DNA of 64,000 nucleotides from an uncultured Bacteroidales bacterium (GTDB lineage Bacteria; Bacteroidota; Bacteroidia; Bacteroidales; Bacteroidaceae): NCBI GenBank assembly GCA_963790715.1, contig CAWBPN010000001.1, positions 11,902 to 75,901 of the forward strand, read 5' to 3'. Shown piece by piece: positions 39,447 to 46,329 of this stretch (position 1 is its first letter; each line of letters starts with the position of its first letter). The notes under the pieces were generated by a model. It saw only the letters and a program-made list of their open reading frames with translations, ran no database searches and was not told where the DNA came from. The position numbers and the translations under genes were made by a program.

Positions 39447-39661
39447 TTGTACTTTTTTCTTTGTGTGAACAAAGAAAAAGCTACGAAAAAAGAAAATCAC
39501 CGACTGTACCTCGCAGGCTATTCCGAACTTGCTCTTCACTAAAATAAATAACGCGCGCTTCGCGCTTAAACGGGGATTTATTTTTTAACGTTCATCGCAC
39601 GTTCTCCATTTTACACCTGCTCGCTAATGTCGGAATTTAACTCAATACCTTCCGACTGATG
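39447..39661 (-). repeat. R repeat copy 4 (full)
   Basis: Collinear with copy 1. It abuts the stop codon of the small ORF at 39662. Confidence 0.9.
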
Positions 39662-39769
39662 CTATTTTTTAGCTGCCTTGATGTCTTTTTTATGCAGCTG
39701 AATAGCTACCCAAATAATACCTACGATAGCTAAAAAGGTAATTAATGATAAGAAATAAATTAGTGCCAT
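39662..39769 (-). CDS. Candidate 35-aa single-TM peptide co-transcribed with the MNT gene
   Basis: MALIYFLSLITFLAIVGIIWVAIQLHKKDIKAAKK. The ATG lies 7 nt after the MNT stop and the stop abuts R copy 4. Below the ORF-track length cutoff. Confidence 0.3.
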   Translation of the reverse strand: MALIYFLSLITFLAIVGIIWVAIQLHKKDIKAAKK

Positions 39770-39775
39770 AATGAT

Positions 39776-40099
39776 TCATAGTAATATTATTCCTTCTTTG
39801 TTTATATTCTTATAAAAAATGGTGAAACTGCGTTTGCTCCATTCTGAAAAGGTATATATCTTTGGACTTATCAACTGATTTGCTGAATATCCTATGTCGT
39901 AAAGAGGGAAAGCTATGCGTTCTTGATCTTTTTCTTCTATTTTGTCTTTATCAAGCAAAATAAGTAAATCCCAATCGGAATCTTTATGATAGTCTCCACG
40001 TGCTCTCGAACCATAAAGAATGACTCTGGCTTGAGGCGCTACTTTCTTCATTGTCTTTTTGATAGTAGCAATTATGTCTTTTGATGCTTTGTCTGTCAT
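39776..40099 (-). CDS. Minimal nucleotidyltransferase (MNT/MntA-like), with no adjacent HEPN partner
   Basis: 107 aa with ..LYGSRARGDYHKDSDWDLLILLD.. (GS-x-D-x-D NTase motif). Confidence 0.8.
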   Translation of the reverse strand: MTDKASKDIIATIKKTMKKVAPQARVILYGSRARGDYHKDSDWDLLILLDKDKIEEKDQERIAFPLYDIGYSANQLISPKIYTFSEWSKRSFTIFYKNINKEGIILL

Positions 40100-40104
40100 A
40101 TATG

Positions 40105-40112
40105 CAAAGATA
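40105..40112 (-). promoter_or_regulatory. -7 motif (TATCTTTG) only 5 nt from the MNT ATG (leaderless-type arrangement)
   Basis: The minus strand reads TATCTTTGcatatATG. Confidence 0.45.
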
Positions 40113-40142
40113 CTGATTTGTTTGTAATATTGTGGTGGCTAT

Positions 40143-40287
40143 TTGTACTTTTTTCTTTGTGTGAACAAAGCAAAAGCTACGAAAAAAGAAAATCACCGAC
40201 TGTACCTCGCAGGCTATTACGAACGCGCTCTTCATTTTACGCCGACTCGCTAATGTCGGAATTTAACTCAATACCTTCCGACTTATG
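40143..40287 (-). repeat. R repeat copy 5 (terminator hairpin deleted)
   Basis: ..CGAACGCGCTCTTCA is joined to TTTTACGCCGACTCGCTAATGTCGG.., and about 70-85 bp are missing relative to full copies. Confidence 0.85.
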
Positions 40288-40347
40288 CTTTTCTTATTGT
40301 TTGTTTCCGCTTTTGTTTGTTGCGCTTCCGCTTTGATTGTCGAACTG

Positions 40348-40620
40348 TTATTTGTCATTATAATGACCTGCCACGGATAATACTATAACGGTTACTGTTC
40401 CATCATCTACCGAATATACTAAACGATGCTTTTTTGTTATCCGTCTTGACCATTGACCTGCTCTATCGCCACTCAATGGCTCCGGCTTGCCTGTTCCTGA
40501 ATAGGGATGATTATATAATTCATCAATTAATTTTACAGCTTTTTTATATGATGTCGGTTCACTCTTTTTTAGTTTTACAAGACTGTCTTCAGCCTCCGGA
40601 GTTAATGAAACGTTGTACAT
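40348..40620 (-). CDS. YoeB/Txe-family type II toxin (mosaic paralog of 38767-39039)
   Basis: 90 aa. The C-terminal 53 aa and the 3' flank are identical to the first copy, and the N-terminal 37 aa have diverged. Confidence 0.85.
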   Translation of the reverse strand: MYNVSLTPEAEDSLVKLKKSEPTSYKKAVKLIDELYNHPYSGTGKPEPLSGDRAGQWSRRITKKHRLVYSVDDGTVTVIVLSVAGHYNDK

Positions 40621-40881
40621 TTACAGTGAGTCTAAATATGTATGTAATTCTTTTTTTGTAGCAAATGTTTTTAATTTGCCATCTTTTGCTTCCTCTACTG
40701 ATTTGTCTATTTTTGCAAGCATTTCCGGAGTAAAGAACGGATCCATATCATTCACAGGGGTAATTGTATAGGCTTTTTTCTTGCCTCGGCGAATAATGAT
40801 TTGTTCGCCTTTGTCTGCAAGGTCGAGAAAACTTTTCTGTTTGTCTCTGAACTCTCTTGATGTTATTCTTAATACTGCCAT
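40621..40881 (-). CDS. Phd/YefM-type antitoxin (mosaic paralog of 39027-39374)
   Basis: The start was set at MAVLRITSREF.. (86 aa). The N-terminal 38 aa are identical to the first copy and the C-terminal region is different. Confidence 0.75.
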   Translation of the reverse strand: MAVLRITSREFRDKQKSFLDLADKGEQIIIRRGKKKAYTITPVNDMDPFFTPEMLAKIDKSVEEAKDGKLKTFATKKELHTYLDSL

Positions 40882-40953
40882 AATGATGCGATTTATTTCT
40901 GCATTCAACTTTCTGCAAAGATAGTGCTTTGTTTGTGATATTGTGGGGGCTAT

Positions 40954-41167
40954 TTGTACTTTTTTCTTTGTGTGAACAAAGAAAAAGCTACGAAAAAAGA
41001 AAATCACCGACTGTACCTCGCGGACTATTAAGAACTTGCTCTTCGCTAAAATAAATAACGCGCGCTTCGCGCTTAAACGGGGATTTATTTTTTAACGCTC
41101 ATCGCACGTTCTCCATTTCACGCCGGCTCGCTAATGTCGGAATTTAACTCAATACCTTCCGACCATG
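40954..41167 (-). repeat. R repeat copy 6 (full)
   Basis: Collinear with copy 1. Followed by a 170-bp segment also found after copy 8. Confidence 0.9.
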
Positions 41168-41336
41168 GCTTTTCCTATTTTTTTTGTATTACATTTAATT
41201 AAAATGCCGATGCTTGTGCTGTTACTAACCATCTTTGTGGCAGAGGTTACGATGTCTTTTTTACATCGCACTTCTCTGCGATATTGGGGTGCTTGGTTGT
41301 AAAGTCACCGGCACCGGCAATGCAAGTGGATAAAAG

Positions 41337-41494
41337 CTATTTCACCACATTAACGCAGGTGGAAGCTGCCTTGCAAGTAATAAGTTTTGCTGCTTGCAAC
41401 TCGTTGAGCACTGCATAAAGTGTTTCATAGAGTTTTCCCATTCTCTCCATGCCGTCACCGAATTTATCCGCCATGGCTACATACTTATCCGTGG
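41337..41494 (-). pseudogene. Duplicated 3' fragment of the 108-aa gene at 45240-45566
   Basis: Near-identical to 45240-45398. It is cut off at 41494, where the hipBA module begins. Confidence 0.8.
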
Positions 41495-41565
41495 ACATAT
41501 ATCACTAAATGTTTGTTGTAATAAACATTTTTATTTATCTTTGCATCGTACAATAAACATTTGCT

Positions 41566-41862
41566 ATGAGTAGAAAGACATTCGGTAAGGTTATGCCAAG
41601 ATCTGTGACTCAGAATTTGGAGTTGATGGGCGAGCAAATTATGCTGGCACGTAAACGGAGGCATCTCACCATGCAAGATATTGCAGACAGGGCTACCGTG
41701 ACCCGTCTTACGTTGTCGAAGGTGGAGCATGGCGATCCATCCGTGGCGATGGGCATTTATGCCCGTGTGCTTTATGCTCTTAATCTTGAAAATGACATCA
41801 AGCTGATTGCCGGTGGCGATACCCTTGGCCGTGACCTTCAAGATGCGGAGCTTAAAAAATAG
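41566..41862 (+). CDS. hipB: HipB-like XRE-family HTH antitoxin
   Basis: 98 aa with ..LTMQDIADRATVTRLTLSKVEHG.. A TATCTTTG motif lies at 41536-41543, and AAATGTTT/AAACATTT palindromes lie upstream. Confidence 0.8.
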   Translation: MSRKTFGKVMPRSVTQNLELMGEQIMLARKRRHLTMQDIADRATVTRLTLSKVEHGDPSVAMGIYARVLYALNLENDIKLIAGGDTLGRDLQDAELKK

Positions 41863-41868
41863 AAAATT

Positions 41869-43125
41869 ATGGAGAAGATATACGTATATGCTGACTTTGA
41901 TTTTCTGGAGCAAACAGAGGAGATTGGCGTGCTTTCTTATGAGCGAGTAAGGGGCAACGATCACTTCGCATTTGAATTCTCACGTGAGTGGTTGTTCCGT
42001 CATGGAGACATGATTCTTAGTGGTGATGTGATTAGCGTCAGAGGAACGCAGTATCCCCGACAAGGTAACTCTGTGTTTGGTTTTGTAAAAGATTCTTTCC
42101 CCGACAGATGGGGCCGGGTTCTTCTGGACAGAAGGGAAAGACTTGCAGCAAAGGAACAACAGAGACCTGTGAGGACACTCAGCAATTATGACTATCTGGT
42201 GGGTATAGAAGACCTGACGAGAATGGGTGGCATTCGGTATAGTACGGAGAAAAATGGTACGTTCATCAACTCAAGCTCACGATACTGTGTGCCGCCACTT
42301 GAGAGCCTTAGAGTATTGTGTGATGCCTGCCAAGAAATAGAATCGGCTGAAGAACGTAATGAACTTCCCGAACAGCGCTGGCTCGACCAACTTGTTGATC
42401 CGGGTTCTTCACTTGGTGGTGCCCGACCAAAGGCCAATGTAGTGGATACAGACGGACGGCTGTATATTGCCAAATTCCCATCAAAAAAAGACTTTGAAAA
42501 TACCGAGTTGATAGAGCATTTCTCTAATATTATGGCACGTAAAGCGGGTATCAATGTGGCTAACACTAGTATCATTCCAATTTCAAAGAATAGGCACCTG
42601 CTTCTATCTGAGCGATTCGACAGAACAACGGATGGCAAGCGCAGGCATTTCGCATCGGCCATGTCGCTTCTTGGTCTCGACGATGGAAGTGGTGCCGGCA
42701 CAGGTAATGGTTATCTTGACATAGTAGATTTCATCGTGCGGAATTGCACAAACGTTCAACAGAACCTACATGAGCTCTATCGTCGGGTGGCATTCAATGT
42801 TCTCTTTGGCAACACCGACGACCATTTCCGCAATCATGGCTTCATACTCACCCGGAAAGGGTGGACGCTCTCGCCCGCCTACGACATCAATCCATCCACA
42901 AAGACGCATCAGTGTCTGCTAATAAATGAGAATACTGAACTATCAGATATCAATGTCCTGCGAGATTCGTGCGAAAGCTATATGCTTGACCGAGGAGACG
43001 CTTCTGATATTATTAATGAGGTAATCTGTGCCATTAATGATTGGCAAAGAGTTGCCACAGAGAACCAGATACCCGTCAAAGTGCTGGAACAATATAATGA
43101 CAGATGGACTCTGCGCATATCATAG
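41869..43125 (+). CDS. hipA: HipA-family serine/threonine kinase toxin
   Basis: 418 aa with ..SSLGGARPKA.. and the catalytic ..GNTDDHFRNHGF.. motif. Confidence 0.9.
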   Translation: MEKIYVYADFDFLEQTEEIGVLSYERVRGNDHFAFEFSREWLFRHGDMILSGDVISVRGTQYPRQGNSVFGFVKDSFPDRWGRVLLDRRERLAAKEQQRPVRTLSNYDYLVGIEDLTRMGGIRYSTEKNGTFINSSSRYCVPPLESLRVLCDACQEIESAEERNELPEQRWLDQLVDPGSSLGGARPKANVVDTDGRLYIAKFPSKKDFENTELIEHFSNIMARKAGINVANTSIIPISKNRHLLLSERFDRTTDGKRRHFASAMSLLGLDDGSGAGTGNGYLDIVDFIVRNCTNVQQNLHELYRRVAFNVLFGNTDDHFRNHGFILTRKGWTLSPAYDINPSTKTHQCLLINENTELSDINVLRDSCESYMLDRGDASDIINEVICAINDWQRVATENQIPVKVLEQYNDRWTLRIS

Positions 43126-43147
43126 AACGACTTTCGTGATTTGTTTA

Positions 43148-43477
43148 CTACTGACTGCTGTTAGCGGTTTTATGATATGTATCATCACCGATTTTCTCCA
43201 GAAACTTGCCTTTCCCGTTTTTGTCCTTCAGAAAATCTTGCAGGTATCCTACCGTTTCATCGTATATACGATAGATGATTCTGTGTTCATGGTTGATTCT
43301 TCTTGACCATGTTTCTTCATTATAATGTTTGACTCGTTCAACTTGCCCTGTTCCTGTTCTTGGATGCTCTGCTATTTCTTCTAATAATTTTTTTAGCTTC
43401 TTGACTGCCATCGGAGCTTTCTTTTCTAGTAGTTGCAGACTTTTTTGTGCATCTGATGTAAATACTATTTTGTACAT
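43148..43477 (-). pseudogene. YoeB-like toxin gene whose 3' end is replaced by the 3' end of a DUF3987 gene (chimera)
   Basis: ..GTGQVERVKHYNEETWSRRINHEHRIIYRIYDETV is fused to GYLQDFLKDKNGKGKFLEKIGDDTYHKTANSSQ. The tail DNA (about 43148-43245) is homologous to 46330-46425, the end of the 807-aa gene. Confidence 0.65.
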
Positions 43478-43785
43478 AAAAGTCTGTCAATAAATTGCTC
43501 TACATTTTCTCCGTCTTGTTGTTTGATGACGTCTCCATTCTCTGCTTGTTCTATGGAATGGTCTATCTTAGAATAGTAATTTTCTTTATCTATTTGATTT
43601 ATTAGATCGTCTGCATCTTTGGCTTTATATACACGCCCTTCCTTTACATCTTCCAATGCCTTATCTATACCACTCTTTTTCTTTGACAGAATTGTCCATC
43701 CCATCTTTTTTGCCATTGTCTTGAAAAACTTTAAATCGTTTTTAGGCACATTAATCGAAATATTTTGAATTGTATCGGTTGTCAT
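43465..43785 (-). CDS. Putative antitoxin of the chimeric YoeB-like module
   Basis: The start was set at MTTDTIQNISINVPKNDLKFF.. (106 aa). Overlaps the toxin gene by 13 nt. A TATCTTTG motif at 43804-43811 lies 18 nt upstream. Confidence 0.5.
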   Translation of the reverse strand: MTTDTIQNISINVPKNDLKFFKTMAKKMGWTILSKKKSGIDKALEDVKEGRVYKAKDADDLINQIDKENYYSKIDHSIEQAENGDVIKQQDGENVEQFIDRLLCTK

Positions 43786-43841
43786 GTTACACCTCCTTTT
43801 CTGCAAAGATAGTGCTTTATTTGTAATATTGTGGGGGCTAT

Positions 43842-43874
43842 TTGTACTTTTTTCTTTGTGTGAACAAAGCAAAA
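43842..43874 (-). repeat. R repeat copy 7 (33-bp left-arm stub plus promoter block)
   Basis: Only TTGTACTTTTTTCTTTGTGTGAACAAAGCAAAA is present, then the muramidase stop codon. Confidence 0.75.
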
Positions 43875-43879
43875 AAATA

Positions 43880-44503
43880 TTATTTGAAGATATGCCGGCT
43901 TTGATTGTAGGCGTCTCTCAGGCGGATGTCATAGTGGTTTTGAGCGTAACCCGGGCCATTGTATTTCTTGGCAAAGGCTGACCAGTTGTGGGTGTTGAGC
44001 AGGGGGATGAGGTTGTTCGATCGCAGGTAGTTTATGGCTAATATCATTTGATGGTATTCGCTGTATGTCATCTTTTTTACAAATTCCATGATGTTCGACT
44101 CTCCACATTGCCCGTGATTGAGACCTAATATCTGAAACATTCCCCAACTGGTGCTTAATAACGCATTAACCTTACTGATGACTATTGCCCTATTCAGACG
44201 CTCGTACTCTTTCAGTCCGCCGTAATACTTCGTTTTGTCCCACTTGGGATAAACGATTTCGGGATCGTCCTTTTCTATACGGGCTACGTGTTCCGGACTT
44301 ATGCCGTGATTTATTAATAGTTTCCTGAAGATGTGACCTTCAAAAAGGATTGTGGGATGTTGACGGGAAACGAAACCGCTTTGACCTCCGGTTTCTACTA
44401 TCTGTACGGCTTTCAATGCTGCCGGGTCTATGTTGCCGGAGGTTGCCAACAACTGTAATTCGTTGTTTGTTATGGTTACTCCGGGGATATTTTTTGTTTC
44501 CAT
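43880..44503 (-). CDS. N-acetylmuramidase-family (DUF3380) peptidoglycan hydrolase
   Basis: The start was set at METKNIPGV.. (207 aa). ..ALKAVQIVETGGQSGF..ILFEGHIFRKL..WGMFQILG.. matches the DUF3380 muramidase pattern. The longer ORF runs into R copy 8. Confidence 0.7.
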   Translation of the reverse strand: METKNIPGVTITNNELQLLATSGNIDPAALKAVQIVETGGQSGFVSRQHPTILFEGHIFRKLLINHGISPEHVARIEKDDPEIVYPKWDKTKYYGGLKEYERLNRAIVISKVNALLSTSWGMFQILGLNHGQCGESNIMEFVKKMTYSEYHQMILAINYLRSNNLIPLLNTHNWSAFAKKYNGPGYAQNHYDIRLRDAYNQSRHIFK

Positions 44504-44552
44504 TTGTTTTTGCTTGTTTTTTGTTATTATTTTTGCTTGCGTTGACTGATAT

Positions 44553-44766
44553 TTGTACTTTTTTCTTTGTGTGAACAAAGAAAAAGCTACGAAAAAAGAA
44601 AATCACCGACTGTACCTCGCTGGCTATTACGAACGTGCTCTTCACTAAAATAAATAACGCGCGCTTCGCGCTTGAACGGGGATTTATTTTTTAACGTTCA
44701 TCGCACATTCTCCATTTCACGCCGGCTCGCTAATGTCGGAATTTAACTCAATACCTTCCGACTATG
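44553..44766 (-). repeat. R repeat copy 8 (full)
   Basis: Collinear with copy 1. Forms an inverted pair with copy 9. Confidence 0.9.
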
Positions 44767-45048
44767 GCTTTTCCTATTTTTTTTGTATTACATTTAATTA
44801 AAATGCCGATGCTTGTGCTGTTACTAACCATCTTTGTGGCAGAGGTTATGATGTCTTTTTTACATCGCACTTCTCTGCAATATTTGAGTACTTGGTTGTA
44901 AAGTCACCGGCACCGGCATATAAGAACTATACTTTCACTGCTTTGTTGCCTTTATCTGACAGTATACTACTTAATAATAGCTACAATCGCGTTTTCAAAA
45001 GTAGCAGGGATGCTGCATCTGCAATGCAAGTGGATAAAGGGAAAAATC

Positions 45049-45238
45049 CCCGGCCTATGTGGAGAAGCGTTAAGCGGAGAAGGTTTGTGGAGCGTTAAAA
45101 AACAATTTCCGTTCAAGCACGTAGTGCGCGTTTAAATTGTTTTAGCGGAACAAGCCTTCGGAGTAGCTTCGGAACTTCAGCCGGCAATTTTCTTTTTTGG
45201 TAGCTTTTTGCTTTGTTTGCACAAAGAAAAAAGTACAA
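45049..45238 (+). repeat. R repeat copy 9 (diverged, opposite orientation)
   Basis: Its reverse complement aligns with R from the terminator hairpin to GTACAA. The stem sequences differ from the other copies but remain complementary. Confidence 0.75.
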
Positions 45239-45239
45239 T

Positions 45240-45566
45240 CTATTTCACCACGTTAACGCAGGTGGGAGCTGCCTTGCAAGTAATAAGTTTTGCTGCTTGC
45301 AACTCGTTGAGCACTGCATAAAGTGTTTCATAGAGTTTTTCCATTCTCTCCATGCCGTCACCGAATTTATCCGCCATGGCTACATACTTATCCGTGGCCT
45401 TCCCTATCAGATCAACAAGTCCCGGATAATTCTCCGCTAACATCTTGGCGAAAGTTGTGGCTGTCTCCTGCACTACTTCCTTGTTTTTCATTGTCGGTAC
45501 TATCACGGTCATAAACAAATGCCATGCTTTGCTGATTATACTACGAATTGATTTTGTTATGTCCAT
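45240..45566 (-). CDS. Hypothetical 108-aa protein downstream of the HU-like gene
   Basis: ORF with good coding continuity. A 3' duplicate exists at 41337-41494. No motif recognised. Confidence 0.5.
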   Translation of the reverse strand: MDITKSIRSIISKAWHLFMTVIVPTMKNKEVVQETATTFAKMLAENYPGLVDLIGKATDKYVAMADKFGDGMERMEKLYETLYAVLNELQAAKLITCKAAPTCVNVVK

Positions 45567-45587
45567 TTATTTTTCCTCCTTTCTGCT

Positions 45588-46232
45588 CTATTTATTAGGT
45601 TTTAGTGATCCACCGCCGTCTGAACTGCCGCCTGTGCTGCCGCCGGTTGTTGAACCTCCGGTTGTTGAACCGCCTGTGGTGCTACCTCCATTGCCTCCGG
45701 TTGTTGAACCTCCATTGCCTCCGGTTGTTGAACCTCCGTTGCCTCCGGTTGTTGAACCGCCCGAAGTGGAGCCTCCTGTGGAACTTCCGCCTGTTACGCT
45801 TTCACCGAGCTTGGTGAACTTGATCTTTGCCATCATCTCTCTCATGGCATTGCTTGCCCTGAAGTTTACATGAACATGGTTGATCTTCGTGGCATTGAAC
45901 TCCTTGACGGTGTCGGTGCCTTTGCTCCTTACTCCGACGCCGAACGTGCCTATGCTGCCAAACTGCACCACATTGCCTTTTCTCAGTGCATCCAGAATTA
46001 CGGATTGGGCGTTGGACAACACGTTCTTGACATCACCGATGGTCAGGGTCGACATCTTTTCCAACTGATTCTCCAAACTTTCTTCGGTCATCAAGCCGGC
46101 TTTCTTCACTTGGGCGTAATACTTGACTGCCTTGTTTTTGTCAAGGTTGTTTTTCTTCTCCACCACATTGTACAGAACCGAGTCTGTGACCAGGTTCATC
46201 GTACTCTTACTTTTCTTTGTTTCTGTTACCAT
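45588..46232 (-). CDS. HU-family DNA-binding protein with a Gly/Ser/Thr-rich repeat tail
   Basis: 214 aa. The N-terminal roughly 145 aa are HU/IHF-like (..VQFGSIGTFGVGVRSKG..). The tail is (GGSTTGGN)n. Confidence 0.75.
   Translation of the reverse strand: MVTETKKSKSTMNLVTDSVLYNVVEKKNNLDKNKAVKYYAQVKKAGLMTEESLENQLEKMSTLTIGDVKNVLSNAQSVILDALRKGNVVQFGSIGTFGVGVRSKGTDTVKEFNATKINHVHVNFRASNAMREMMAKIKFTKLGESVTGGSSTGGSTSGGSTTGGNGGSTTGGNGGSTTGGNGGSTTGGSTTGGSTTGGSTGGSSDGGGSLKPNK
45690..45761. repeat. Three tandem 24-bp units inside the HU tail
   Basis: ATTGCCTCCGGTTGTTGAACCTCC occurs three times (the third copy has 3 substitutions). It is embedded in a wider GGTTGTTGAACC periodicity from about 45643. 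Confidence 0.85.
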
Positions 46233-46329
46233 AACTTATTTGTTTAATGATTACGTCTGCAAAGATATGGCGGCGCAAATAGTCACTTCTGCCTTTTGAT
46301 ACCTTTACATGCCTTTACATGCTTTTTGA

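Noticed and set aside
39375-39539. ORF extensions and stand-alone ORFs reading through the R repeat. Peptides such as ..ACEVQSVIFFFRSFFFVHTKKKVQIAPTISQT.. occur at 38571-38777, 39984-40235, 40882-41007 and 44340-44645.
   Set aside because: The supposed start codon is not conserved between copies (ATG, GTG or GCG). The frames run through a promoter block and a terminator hairpin, and the peptides are low complexity. They are better explained as translation artefacts of a non-coding repeat. The real starts of the downstream genes (MAVLRI.., METKNI..) lie after the TATCTTTG motif.
41485-41964. 159-aa minus-strand ORF overlapping hipB and the start of hipA.
   Set aside because: It is antisense to two well-supported genes with clear motifs, and it has no motif of its own.
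35807-45238. Possibility that the regularly recurring R repeat is a CRISPR array.
   Set aside because: The repeat unit is about 215 bp rather than 25-40 bp. The spacers are 0.1-3 kb and contain complete genes with their own promoters. One copy is inverted, and no cas genes are present.
45445-45873. 142-aa plus-strand ORF with PPVVEPP repeats.
   Set aside because: It is the antisense reading of the GGSTTGG repeat tail of the HU-like gene. Repeat-driven open frames on the opposite strand are expected, and there is no independent start or promoter signal.
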